The notes below the pieces were generated by a model that did not search any database, was not told the origin of the DNA, and worked only from the letters and a program-made list of their open reading frames with translations. A DNA stretch of 63,614 bases, filler included, from Choristocarpus tenellus KU-1152 (Eukaryota; Protista; Phaeophyceae): NCBI GenBank assembly GCA_964200185.2. It is 8 parts of 8 records of this genome, joined end to end, with 100 filler letters (N's around TTAATTAATTAA, not from the genome) between each part and the next. Parts side by side here need not be neighbours in the genome. Positions count along the whole stretch, not along the records: positions 1 to 17,186 come from CAXNAD020000705.1; 7 more parts are not named here. One strand, 5' to 3'. Shown here piece after piece: positions 1-13,361 of the stretch (position 1 is its first letter; each line of letters starts with the position of its first letter). The position numbers and the translations under genes are program-made.

Positions 1-299
1 TTTCGGGCATGCCCATGGGTGCACAAAATCGGTGTAGGTACTGTACTCTACTCAATCCATTAGAAAATAGAATATATATTATATGACTCCACATAGATAT
101 GTATTTTTGATTCGAATGGTTTGTTTTGTTGAGAAGTTTATTCACCGATATGTCGTTCTTGAAAAGGAGAGGGAAAATTAATCATTCCTCAAGATAAATA
201 GGCTTATATGGAAAATACAATAATTATTTGTGGATTGTGAGAACAGAAGTTTGGTTATCCTCCACTAAATGCCGTCACCTCATCGTTGGGAACTCATGT

Positions 300-1620
300 C
301 ACAAGTGTAAGGGGAGGCTTTGACGGGTGGGTGCTGCCCAATCGAAAATATCTTGGTCACGTCGTTCACAGCTTGTAGTGCATAGTTCGTTCCAATTGGG
401 GGCTCTCTTCTTCCCTCCTATTATGTAAGTGTGATATACCCATGGCATCTTCAAGAGGGAATAAATTTTACTTCGATCTCCTCTATCTGATCCTGTCCAA
501 CCCCCACACCACTTAGTCCCGACTGCTCGCTTCGTGCGGCACAATTTCTGATCCGAAGCAACAAATCCATAGTCGGCCAACTCGCGTAATGGTGCAGGAG
601 AGGGCAAACACCACTCCCAGCTCAGGTGACGAAAAATTGGTCAGCATGGCCCCAGGTAACTACATAGGGTTGGGAGAACTTAATGTGTCCTTCAGGTACA
701 AATACGGAGTATCTCATATCACTACCAGCACCCTGACGAGAGAAATCTCCTTATCATTCTATGTCCATGTAATCCCGAATTTCTCTCTCTCTTTCTCTCT
801 CTCGCTCGCTGTGCATATGTCGATCTTCCAGGCCTTGTATCAAATCAATCCTCCTGGCCGCGCGAACATTTTGTTGACGGTAACTAATTCAGAGCTAGAG
901 GTGAAGGTGCGTTCACGCTATTGGATAGAGGCGTATCACAACATGGGGTCAGCTCCTTGGTTGACAAAGGGGAAGTGATTTCTTGGGATAATATTGCCTG
1001 GGGTGGTAAACTCTACCAAGGTGGATCTATCAAACCTTCGTTGTTCCTCCTGGCTTTCCAGGACGTGAACGGCACCTTGACATTCTACTTTGACTAGAAG
1101 AGGCACATGTGTATCGAATGAATGCCTTTAGAGAGGACTGGCTGTGAAACCTACTTAGCCCACACCTTCTAATACAGTATGCGCACTACATAGTAATTCC
1201 AAGTTCTTCTCCCCATTGGAAATATTCTCAACCCCTATTGCAATAATTACTCCGTTACCCCTCACCTGTGCAATGCTCCTACCCCGTTACAATAACCTCC
1301 GTACATGTGTGTATATACACATGTATGCATGTGTATTCGTTCGCATCCATCACCATAGGTATGCCACTACTCAGGATTCACTTGCGACTGAGGCAAGTCA
1401 ACAGGCAGGGCAGTGTCAATCGGCCCTGGGATAGATCTCCATGTTCTGTGTGGCGCGTACTCTGCAACAACTGCTGCGTGGCATCTACCCATGACGGACC
1501 CCTATAGCACACGCTCCACATGGAAGTCTCACGGATGTTGAGCTTGACAATATTTTGGATCCGGTGAGTGACAACTCGCCTACAGTTTGACATCGATTGA
1601 TCAACTGATTTTTCACTCTA
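300..1620 (-). mobile_element. Degenerate Ty1/Copia RT-RNaseH relic
   Basis: Minus-strand eroded motifs in Copia order: Q..DVK (~1600), NIVKLN (~1550), EVIVTG (~1290, cf. YVDDIIVTG), TVNKMFARPG (~870), TLSS...YV (~670), ASDQKLCRTKRAVGTKW and EIEVKFIPS (~460-560, cf. RTKHID..W..GEI.V.FIPS). Many stops and frameshifts. Confidence 0.5.
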
Positions 1621-2099
1621 TGTAGGGTGCTTCACCTTCAAAATGCAAAGGTACCCTGTCCTAGGTAAGATATGATACTTTATATCTTCTGTGAATCTTG
1701 GTGTTTCCACCATCCTAGAGCTCAACCTACGAAACGTTCTGTATGTATGCCGCCCCAGCTGTTGCTCCTTTACCGTAACCATTTACTAAAAAAATCTTGC
1801 ACCTCCTACATTTTAAGGTGGAGAGGCTGATTGACAGTTACTCCAGACCAATTTCTGTGCGAACAGACCTGCCGAGAGATAAAGGAGCACCTTCACCAAA
1901 GCCTCCTTGAGTTACAAGATGAAGGTGATAAACCAAATAGTGCAGGTGGAGACGAAAATGTTGTGTGAAGATTTTGTCTAGGGGGGAGAGATGATGCAGG
2001 GAAAGAAGTTTGAAAATACCCCCAATATGGTCAAAGAAGAAAATAGGAGATAAGTCGATATTTGTATCTGTATGAAAATATAAAATTAGCCCACATGGA

Positions 2100-3800
2100 T
2101 CTAGGAAAATATGAAGCACAAATCAATGTTGAGATTGCTGAGAGAGGAGATTGTCGCCATCCCCACAACGATCTACAATAATTGGTTTAACAAGTGTCTG
2201 TTCAATCACAAAGTACTACCCATACAGCTTCTGCTATATGGACTTACTCCCTTGAAATACAGGACTCGTACCGCTTTCTCCATGCATACCCCATAACATT
2301 ATCCATACCTCAAACCCCCCTCCCTCCCTCAACAATGTGTAGGCCCTGTCACACTTCCCCACCACCAACATCGTGAAGGAGAGGGGTGGGGAGCAAGATT
2401 TGCCCTACCAGACGACACCCAAGGCACATTCTCCAGACCCAACCTTCAGTACATACAGGCAGATGGCAGGGGGCAGGTGAAATGACCACAAAAATGACCT
2501 AATCAGCTGCGCCAATTCCATGTCAACGCCATCAATACATGTGGTAACCACAAGATGCAGGGCACGGGAAGACACAAGCGTCTGTACACTTGTGCAGTCT
2601 CACCTTCTTCCAGTCACCAGCCCAAGGAATCCATGTCCCAACAGGGTACTGTTACCTGGGACAACATTCCCCCTCCCCAGAAGACCCCTGGCTCAGGGAG
2701 GGCACAATGCTCACACTACCCTAGCTGCTGTAAACAGCATTTCTTCCTCTTGCCATATTTCACAGAGAAGAAAGCATGATGTCCAAGATACGCGAACAGC
2801 TAAGACATTCCACCCACAGCTGAACAACTCGGGGGCGCAGAAACAGGATACCCAGAGCACCAGGGTCATTGCAACCAATGTCAGACCTCAGAATACCCCA
2901 GTGATAGGAAGTACAGCAATCACAACACCCAGACTGCTTCAGCCACCCTGTCCTCCCGATACAGTTCAAGGGGAATGAGGCATGGTCCTTGCAGCACACA
3001 GGGTACAGTACCCCCTCTCTCACAATACACCTCGAAAAGATGGAGGCACGGTGTCTGCAACAAGCAGAGCTGTGTGACTCACCCAGTTCCTAACATCTCA
3101 GAGGCACAAGGGACTGAGGTCTGCAATACCAAGGCTAAGGCAAGCAGTCTGTCCCTCAGAAACACTTCAGGTAGAAGGAGGCGTTGTGCTGATGGAGGGG
3201 GTATATCCAATTGGGGTGTTGGGTCAATAGAGACACCTTCATCCAAGGCGGGGAAGTGGAGAGAGGTTCAACAGAGGAAAATGAATGTTGCTGCAGGGTC
3301 ATCTAGGGGACATTTGTCAAGGACTGGCAAGGTCACTGCAAGTGCGAAGAGCAATGTAATGCCATTCATTTATATGGACATGTACACATGACTTCATTGT
3401 CGATCCTCCCACTTGCTCCCCCCTTACCACGCACAGGCCAATATTTCCAGAAGGGACATCAACATAGTGAGAAACACGGCTATCACGAAGATTGCTCCAG
3501 CTCAGGTCCAGGCCATTGGCCCTCCCATACCTCAGTACGGGAGCATCAATAGCCTGTCCTGGAGCTGGGGTTGTCTTCGCAGTGGGTGTGCTTCCCACTG
3601 TGCTGATGTCTTCTTCTGGATACAATATGGTCTGTTGTGGAGGGTGGGCATGCAAGGGGAATGGATACATATTGTGTATTTTCCTGCACCCCCCCTCCCC
3701 ATGGCCCTCCTCTTCCTCAGCCTTTCTCACTTGACGCTTGAAGTACAGAGACTAGTGGGAGTTGAGTAGGAGCCCAAGACCCCACTCTCTCTTGCTCCTG
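2100..3800 (-). mobile_element. Highly degenerate non-LTR retrotransposon (LINE) relic
   Basis: Minus-strand GVVW*GKSCSPPL (~2380-2420, cf. GVRQGxxLSPLLF) followed by VMGYA (~2290, cf. YADD); CpG-poor; no intact ORF. Confidence 0.3.
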
Positions 3801-6800
3801 CCATACCCTCATCTCATCAGCACATGATTTTTGCAAGTGCCCTGATCATGGGTGACAAGGCGACAAAAGATGAGGTAAGGTATGTGTGTTCGTGCAGAGG
3901 TCACTCATCTCATCCCCTATAAAAGCTCATCTGAACCCTTTTCATGTCTCCTCGGCACCTGCACTAATAGGAGTTGATTGGGATAGCGTACTTCATTCCA
4001 TTCAGCACATACTGGAATACTATATATGTAGTGTATCTTGACTTTGAATATCTTCAGGGAGTCTGCTTGGATTAGGAATACATAATGAATCATGGGTTTA
4101 ATACCACTCTTGGTCGTCTGCAGCTTTCCTAACCAATATTCCTTTGTCGGTAGATTTGTTTGGCAAATACACTGGTTAGGCATCTTTGCTGAGCCTCGAC
4201 TCTTCAACCCCTCTGTATCTCCTCGTGCCATTCTCATCCCCATCCTCACATACCAGGATGACACAAAGGGCAGGAAGGACTGAGAGTGTCAAGACTTCAC
4301 TGCGGCAATGGCTGCTGACATAATGATTGTCACAATTTTTTTGTGCAGAACCCTTCCAATTGCTAACATGCCCAGATGCTGGTGTCTGGAGGACCTAAAG
4401 GTCGAGGTCCACTTCTGAAGGGAAGAAGGAAAGAAGTTGTATTAGGTGTTGCTGGGAAGAGCAAAGTTGAAGAGGGGAGGGGACTTCAGTATACGAGTCC
4501 AGCGTATATTTGTGTATGGAAGTGTGTGTTGCAAGGCAATTTTCGATCAACTTGTAGTGACTAAAGCAACCTCTTAACAATCTTCTTTTATATCGACATT
4601 TTCATGTCGACATGGATAAGAGGATAAACTAATGTCTAATCATAGCGCATAGGGATGTCGATCATGGTCGTAATTGCTTGCAAGGCTTTGAAAATATCCT
4701 AATGTGCACATTCTTAGAGTGTAATGCTAGCAGGGTCTGACGTAATGAGCTCTGTCAGGGCTGTTGATATGAATAGGCAGGAGAACAGGTGTGTTCGCTG
4801 TTTTTCAAAGGGCACTCGTTCAGAAATGGAAAACTGGGGTTGACTTTCACTGTTCCAAGTTACAGTTGGTTATTTTGGTGTGGGTAGATGAAAAAATAAT
4901 CTAGATTAAGTGTTCGTCCTAGTGTTTTGCATATTTGGTGTGGGAATATTGAGTGCTATTCACTCATGTTGTTCAGGTGGATGAAAGCAGAGTATTTAAA
5001 CTGCAACGGGTGTTTGTACCATTGGTCACTTCGAAGATCTGGTAGTTACTGAAGTTTGGTGTGTGTAGGGGTAAAGTACAGCAGCGTAGACACAAGTCAA
5101 CTTAAGGGTCAATTCTGGGAACAAGTAGTGGGTTACTCGTGGTACAATGTGACAAAACAACCAACAGATGTGGAGGGTATCTTATTGGCAGATGTGTATT
5201 AGTACTGTTGCGAACTCAGTCTCCCGTTGGGCTAAAAGTGCTTCTATGTGTGTAGTTGGTGTTAAGCTGTCCTTGACGATCTATTGTCCCACACAACCAA
5301 TCCTATTGATTGTTAGCTTGTATCATAGTTGAGTACCAAATGACTAAACAGTTCTCTAGCACACGTCAGAAACACTCCGACTTTATCATTTCGCCAATTG
5401 CTTCTGGTCACATACCCTTCCTAAATATCCATAATATCCCGCAATATCATCTGTTTGTACGTAAAATATCACGTCGAATCTTATTCTCACAAATAGTCAA
5501 GCATAATCTTGACCGTTTGCATCTTGTTTCATTTTGCAGTTTATGTAGATGCCATGAACGGGTAAAGTACTGTACGAGAGTCACATCGTTGGAGAGAAGG
5601 TATGCGGCATGATCAAGATGAAACACTTGTGCTGGTGTCTCTCATGCTGCCTTCTACCCCACTACTTCGACAGTAAATGTACATCGAAACCTTTACATTG
5701 TATTGCAGTGTTGGTTGAGTTAACTCCTGACCGCTATATGAGATTGATACGGATAAATATACGACTGTTGTAGAGAAGGAGGGTGCAAGCAGCACCTTGA
5801 ACATGACGTGTTAGTTGATGTTACATTTTTTTTTGTGTGTTTGGAAGGTTTTGGATAGTGTGAGCACGAGGTAGTGCATTCTGAAGACGTGTGCAATAAA
5901 TAGCAACAGTACTATTCTCAACAGTTAGACAATACATGAGGCAGTGTATCCATGGAAATGAGATTACTATGATGTTAATGAAGGTGACATAAAGTTCAGT
6001 AACATTACTGAATATATCTGTAGTTTCTTTTCTCAAAGAAGTACCTATTTTTTTGGACTAGCAGTACATGGCTGACACAGTAGTTACATCGGTAATAAAA
6101 TGTGACATATTATACTAAAGTGCTCCCAAGAGTAGACCTTTGTATTGAGTTTCTAAGGTAAGAACTCTGATTCTTGTGCTTCAACCATATTTTGTGCAGC
6201 CAATAATTTGGTGGTCTGGTTCTGTGAAAGACATTTTGAATACAAAACATCCTCAATAACAAATATTTTCCCAACGGTCATGTGTTTTAGCTTACAGTAA
6301 TGATTTGACAGAAATAGTATATACAGCTAATTTGATACAGAATAAGTTGGCTGGATTGCCATCCCAACTTCAAATGTTCCTGTTTTTTTAAAATGTATCG
6401 TTTAACTCCATATATTTTAGTTACCTACCTTGGAAGATAGTGCATGGCTACGGACAGGGTCAGATCTTTTATAAATAGTATATCTTATTAAAATAATATT
6501 TAATTTCCCTTTTACTAAATTTTGTATTCTTTGGTGTAGCCATCGGATTTTTTGTGTAAGGGAAAATAACTTCATAATTTGGAGCTCTGAGGGCATTTTT
6601 CTAGCCTGGAAGAAGTGCATAGTATTTGAGTGAATTGATATTTAACATACATGGTATACACCAGAAAAAGATGAAAAGGTTAAATCATTTGTTAATGGTA
6701 TGTTCAACGATTTCTCTAAAGGAGTAATAATAGAGCATTCCATTGCAGGCGACAAGAAGCTCAATATTCAAGGAAGTCTAATTGTAGAAGATGGAGTACA

Positions 6801-8161
6801 TTATAATCTCTAACCTGGACTAAGATCAACTCTCTATACAACTTAAAGTAGTCTGGAACGAGTATCAGAGCTCTGGGGCTCTATTTGCAGAGTTCTACAC
6901 AAGCTACTTCGAAAGTGTCAATATTAGTTAACACGTTGACAAAAAGGCTAGCCCCAACAGACCATACATCCTGTAGGTTTAGTTACTAGGCTTAAATATT
7001 TCATTCAACTAAGACACGATTCAAGCCTGGACTAAGCGCAAGTTGCTATTTGAACCCTATCAAAGTGCAACAGTACAGGAGACAGCTAGACAATCCTGAA
7101 CGAGTACATCTTTTTCTCCATGGAATACAAAGGAAAAGGAATTTCTTATGTAGAGTGAGAGGAGATGCTTGCCCCTGCCCTATCTCCGCCTCAATTTGAC
7201 TTACTCAAGTCACGAGAGGGAAGCACACCCCGCCTTAGCTAAGATCTGCCCTGGAAAAGGCCGTGGATTCAGTGCTGCTATTGTAGTAGTACCATTATCG
7301 AACCTTGCTCACCTGTACCTCCCGTGAAATCACAAAATGCACACATCAAGAGTCAAGTATTGTGGGCACACAGAGAGGGTCAGGAGAGACCAATGTGGAA
7401 GGAATCATTTGGTCAATCCAGTCAGTCCAAACCAGATTCCTTCAATGAGAGAAGATTCTATGCAATGACATGGTACGTTTCTCCATTGGGCTCTGAAGTA
7501 TACAACTAACTGTCACTCTTGTCTGTAGGGATTCCTCTCATTTTCTGCGTAGAGGTGTGCATGTGAAGAAATTTCGAAAAAGGTAACCATCCTCGGTATT
7601 CATGTAAAGCAGTAACAGCACTTCAGGTATGCTAACGTGATCATACGATTCTACGTTTCTCCCCACAAATATCTATAGTAGTGCAAACAGGTACTGGAAT
7701 ACTACCATTTTGCAACATTGGGCATATATAGCTCGAATCAAAGAGGTGCTTGCAACTGTGACGTTGGCAGCTTACAGAAGAGATGGCCTCGTTCCTGCTT
7801 GTGTTGATTTGCTGCTGTGGTCCAAAGCCAGTTGGAATGGGTCCAGGTTTCCCACCTTAGATCCCCGGACATATCCCATCTGGAGCAGGAGCGGTGCAGG
7901 GGAGAGAGAGACAAGTGAAAGGGGAGAGCAAGGGGACCAAAAAATTGAACACGAAGGAAAATAGGATAACAGTAGTAGCACAAAAGATGACCTACTGAAG
8001 AACCACAGCACTTTGATTTCATAGGGTACTATTTGGAGTACTACTTGAATACAGTAATGTGTTATCAATAGGTAGATATTCAATGTATGTAATGAGTGAG
8101 GCACAATGCACCACTATTACCAACTTTCTTCTCAGCGAGATAATACTGTTTAACAACAATT

Positions 8162-8502
8162 CAGTGAAAGTATCTTAGAGAGTACGGATATTGCCCTGTT
8201 TGTCCGTTTGGGGCTTGGCTTCCCATCGGTATTTTCAACATTTTGACCCAAAGCATTTCAGAGGGTAGGGATTTTGACCTGTTTTTTCGTTCGGGGCTTG
8301 GCTTACCAAGGGTGGTTGTGTTCATTTGAGCTTTTTGTGTGAACACAGTTACCTAAATGTATACCGTTATGAAAGGTTTGTCCGTAACAAGGATATTCAT
8401 ACTTACTAACGACTACTATAGCCAAAAATCATCAAAATCCCAACATTGGATTTATGATCCCGAACGGACGCGGCCCTACCCTCCTCCTAAATGCTTTCAC
8501 TC
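8162..8502 (+). mobile_element. Sola2-like MITE copy (longer, diverged)
   Basis: Starts cagtgaaagtatcttagag, ends atgctttcactc; internal blocks shared with copies at 51405, 55167, 57490; flanks aatt/actt. Confidence 0.75.
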
Positions 8503-8689
8503 ACTTCGATCAGTTGGACAGAGGGAGTGGAGATGGAAGTTGGAACCCTTTCATGGTGTACACGAGAGTTAACCATTTAGACTCAGTTTGGGCGTCTAGG
8601 GGTGTGTGGGTGTAGTGGAGAGTAGTAAGGACTGGAGGTAACCGGGGCAAGAGGTAGTGACAAGGAACTAGGTACGACATCAAGTCAAT

Positions 8690-9130
8690 GGGGAGGTCAA
8701 GCTCGGATAGGGAAGATATGCCTTCTAGTTCAAAGGAATGGTATGGGAGTGGACGAAGATGGAGTGCTTTGTATGATTGTGGGGTGTTTTTGGATGAATG
8801 CAACATATTGTGGAGGAATGCGGAGTATCATGGATGGAGATGGAGAGAGTATTGGGAGGATTGGTGCAGTAATGGATTCGCAGAAATGAACATACTGGTG
8901 TGGAACGGATATACTGAATGCTGCGGCATTGATATGGAGATGGATTCGCGGAACTTAATCTCATCGATGTGGACATGGATTCGGAGAAGTGGCCACAGTG
9001 GGTGGTGACTGGCTACGTGGAGATTGGCTGCATAGTAGGAGTGATAAACAAAGTGGTGGTGTGATGTTGGTGTGGTAACGAGGTGTTGATAATTTAAGTT
9101 AGTGTGGTATGAAGAGGATGGAAAGACTTC
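8690..9130 (-). repeat. Dispersed repeat family B (CCA-rich tract plus conserved core), reverse copy
   Basis: Reverse complement of the core ctagaagacaYctaccccgcccgaacttgac seen at ~21452-21482 and ~38144-38174, adjacent to a TGG-rich low-complexity tract. Confidence 0.6.
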
Positions 9131-9222
9131 AGTTGATGAGAAGTGGAGTGGATCTAAGGTTAAGAGAGGCTAACAGTTTGATTAATCCAGGATTTGTTAG
9201 CAATGGAAAATGATGCAGGTCG

Positions 9223-9570
9223 TGTTATGGTAGAAAAAGGGTGGTCAAATCTCGTCTACGCCAGATAGTCTCAGTCACAACGCAAGTAGCACTATCTTGA
9301 TGTGTCATGCGCTTTAAGCTGGAGACACCAGGGAGATGGGTAAGGAGTGGCTTGTTAGGTTCATAGGATGCTCCCCTAGTTCCTCGCAGGACTAAGCTAG
9401 GTTAGAGGCCCAGGAAGTCAGTGGTAAAGCATAGCTAGTAGTGAATTAGTAAATAGATGAATGTCTTTCACATTTACAAGTGTTATTTTTTCAGGTATTT
9501 TTCTGATATGTGAATAGTTTTTGTTGTTTTTCCCCTGACACATCTACAAAATATGAGAGGGAACAGTAAT
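9223..9570 (+). mobile_element. Solo LTR of the chromovirus family at 39880-41285
   Basis: Begins TGTTAT; shares blocks (ctacgcca, gtgtcatgcg.tttaag, ggatgc, tttcacattta, ctgacacatctacaaaat) with 40967-41285 and 42300-42645. Confidence 0.65.
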
Positions 9571-12500
9571 AAAAATAAGTGTAGTATTATTATATAAATA
9601 TGATAGTATGATACCTCATACTTTGAACAATTGTTTTGTGTAGTCAGAGTTGCTTCTATAATCTTGTTATATTTAGCTTTGGTGATCAATACAACTCATG
9701 AACACTTTTCTCTCTCATACTACTGATGTTAGATATACTATTAAACACAATAGTACAACCAACCTTACCCGGATGGGACAACTTACACGTCTCCCACAGA
9801 CGAATATTTGGTCACATCCCATTGTGATTATCATCCTCTCACCATGTTGTGTAGGACACACTGCTGCATAGAGAGACAAGGCTACAGCGTGGGCATCATC
9901 CTTGGCTAGGCAATAAAAGTCACCACGGGGTAGCATAAAAAAAGGTTCGTCCTGCTGTAGTAAATATACACCTTTCAAAAGACAGGTATGAAGAAAAACA
10001 CGTCACCAACGAAACTTCTTGAATGCATTATTATTACGAGAGCAAAAACGTGCCTGACCTTGAATCAATGAGTGAGTGTGTTGCCTATCATTCAACACAG
10101 AGAAAAGTTAAGAATAGTAGAACATGTCCAGGTAATGAAAACACAAACAGGTTTGTGCCACAATTCAGTGAGTCTCTACTCACTACATGTTAACCTTAGG
10201 CGATCTTTTCTTACCGATTCTTCCATCAACTCAACTTCAATTTGGTATTCAGTAGTCCAGCTAGGTCAAACGAAGGGGGGTGACTATACTATATTGCTGT
10301 AGTGAAATGCAAGAGGTTGGAGGATCACTGCTGACCCTCCCTGTAGTAAACGATAGTACCAAAATCACCCGAGTCAGATTGCTCAACCTGTCCTTATGTG
10401 TGAAAGCTGATCGCGCTCAATTTCCTTTCAATCTGGTAGAAACTATAGGGACTGACAGAAAGGCGGTCTCAGGACTGTCCAGAACAACATGCAGAGCACT
10501 ATATATATAGTAGCCTTTCATGGTCGCTACTTCAACGTAAAGGTGGTGTAGATATTACACATAGTCTACTTGGCGCACAGCTCTCCATGCATACAGGGCG
10601 GATTAACCAATGAACAAGAAGTACCCAAGAGGATGGAATGTAAGAATATTTAAAATAAAGGAGAGCAACAGAGTAATACCATCTCAGAAGGGGGAGTTGA
10701 GTTTAAAGTGCTCTGATGAGTGACGACTGGTTGCGGTACACGTATTTTGAGTGCTATGGAGGGCACTTTCAGGTATTAACAATGTGCTCGCACCTAATCT
10801 TTTCTACAGTCACACCACACCCAACACACGGTTAACTGCAATTCAGGCATGGGATAGTGAATACATGTACAAGGTTCAAAAAGACATTGAAACTCAAAAG
10901 GGTCAAAATCGACCCCCCTCTAAGTTGGTTTCACTCATAGTCATACCAGTCATGTCCTTCACCTACATAACCATGCAGCAAATCACATCAAAATACACTA
11001 CTCATCACAAAAGCAACTATGCATTAACACCAAAACTCTCTCCTCGCTCCCCCTAAATTCACTGCAGAGATGGTCCCATCGTCAGCCTCCTTTTCTCCAA
11101 CACCTGCCTGAAGTATGTTTGTACCAATCCATGATACCAGAGGTACATGAACACGATTGCATCACAACAAATACTGTGTGGGCAGTCACTAATCGCCTCA
11201 TCTACGTTTACATTAATAGAACCAGGCCATGGAAAAAGTAGTGGTCAAAATACCACAGTGTGATCTGCTGCGCCACAGTCCAGGTTGGAGAATATTTTCT
11301 CATACCTTTTCCAAAAATAGTAACAGCCACCATGTACGAACAGATGATGGAAGAGTCTGTTGGTGGTACGATGTACAGCATCACTCCAGAGCTTCTTCCG
11401 ACCCATAGGCCTCTACAGGTGGACCCCACCATGCATTGTAGTAACACAAAATTATTTACTGCACAATAGGCTAAAATACCAAACTTTTGGAGCAGAGAGA
11501 CAAGCTTGACGGACCCCCTACCTTCCTCAATTTGTTTGTTAAAGCAACACGCAAAACATACACAACAAGCTTAAAAAACTTAGACCGCACTTAGTCACAG
11601 TATAGATAGTGTTAGTGCATCATGCATGTCGAACAGAGAATGAAATACAAAACAGAGGGAGCAACCTCGGAGAAGAGAAGAGGGTAAAAAATAGACATGA
11701 AAATAAATATAAAAATTGAGAAAAAATAAATAAAAAGGTCGGAAAGAAAGTTGCTGGTCCAACCTGCTGCACAAGCAGACAAGGACACCACTAAAGCAGT
11801 GAAAAGTAAGCTAAAGACACAAATCAAACAGCAACAAAAGGACTGCAAGATCAACTAACTGCATTGATCGGAAAAGGTACCATCCCCACATATCCCTTGG
11901 ACAGCCCCCCACGCACCCCACCTCTACATACCAGGAAGACAGCGGCAGGCTCTTCTTCAAACACGCACAATTAACAAGAATTTTCCTTCTCACAGGGAAG
12001 GTGTAGGAGAAACTCTCTGTGATTTAAAATCTAACAATGCCAAGCAAACAATACAAAAACAATTGTCCTCATCACCATCATAATCATGCTGGGAACAACC
12101 GGTCATACAAAGGCTATTTTTGTCCAAGACTTGGTCCTTACCTAGGAGTTGAAGTGAAAGTTACATCCGTGGCTGTTGGTTGTGAAACTGTACCCATTGG
12201 TATTATGTCACCTTGAACTGGAAAGGCACAGGAGAAAAAGACAAAAATGCACGGATGTGATGGAAAAGGACTCCACACTCCTTTCCAACTCAATACCTCT
12301 CGCTCCTTACTCAATATAACAAAAATCGGGCCGGTAACACAACATCACCCACCTAGGTGATCCGATTGTGTTAGGGAGAGGAAGGGAGCAGGAAAAAAAA
12401 TGTGGGGGGCGAGGGGCAGTTAATAGTGTGCTTCAATGCATAGGACATATCATTCCTAGCATTTTTAGTTCTTCTTTTGCTAGTGTATTATTGAGTGTCA

Positions 12501-13331
12501 AACATGTCTTGAGTGAGTTCAGGAGGAGGAACCAATGATCATATTATGATAAGAAAAAGATGATACATGATTGGAAAAACATATCAGCTGCTACTAATTG
12601 AACAACACAACCGAGCCTGAACAATTCATCCTCCTGTCTCCCTCCCCATGATTGTATATAAACAAAGAAAGGATCCAACCTTTGTCTGTAACTGCCAAAT
12701 ACAGAGCACAATAACACACATATATATATTCTTTCAAGTGCACCAAAAGATTTCACTTCCGTCACCAAAACCAAAACATGTTTTCATTGCCCTCAAGACT
12801 CCCCACAAGAATGCCTTCCTGTCTGCACTTCCTGCAACAGACAGAGTCTCCTGCACACAATACAAAAAAAAATGTTCTTGGTGTAAATAAGCACAAAGCA
12901 CGCTAGAGCTCTATACATGGAATACATACATCTGGTTCAAAGAAGATGAATGCATCGGTGTATGTATACAAGAAAGAGACATGATTCGTTGAGGGAAATG
13001 GTAATTAATTTTATACACTTCTACCATTTACAGGGATCGAAATTCTTCTCCTTACGAGTACTGAATCTAAACTATCATTTTATTAAGTGTCCATTTCATA
13101 GCACGAACACTTCAATTTTCATACCACAAAGAATATTCCAAGATTGTTCCTCAACCCTACCCATATATACTACACTCAACATATACTCAGGGATGGAGAA
13201 GAAAAAGAGAGTACACCCTGAAATTGGAGCCATTCTATCTTAGAGGGGGTCGAGCTAGACCCTTCCCTTTTTACTACTTGGTTGTTTTTAACCTCCTGCA
13301 TGACGCTCTATTCCCATCCCTAGCATACAGT

Positions 13332-13361
13332 TAACCCTAACCCTAACCCTAACCCTAACCC
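13332..13361 (-). repeat. Interstitial telomere-type repeat (TTAGGG)5
   Basis: (taaccc)x5 directly visible. Confidence 0.9.

Larger units (their letters stand above)
7776..12217 (-). pseudogene. Chain of spliced exons of an unknown protein (gene fragment or pseudogene; weak FG-GAP/beta-propeller-like flavour)
   Basis: Exon-like units with pyrimidine tract/AG acceptors and GT donors: 12142-12217 (QGDIIPMGTVSQPTATDVTFTSTP), 11306-11412 (GLWVGRSSGVMLYIVPPTDSSIICSYMVAVTIFGK), from 11103 (GVGEKEADDGTISAVNL), 10215-10260 (WTTEYQIEVELMEES), 9787-9951 (DEPFFMLPRGDFYC...), 7776-7879. Phases are compatible for 12142>11412>11103 and 10215>9951. Confidence 0.4.

Noticed and set aside
11060-11103. VGEKEADDGTIS as a threonyl-tRNA synthetase anticodon-domain motif
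   Set aside because: The phase-linked upstream exons bear no ThrRS similarity and the following VR motif is absent; likely coincidence.
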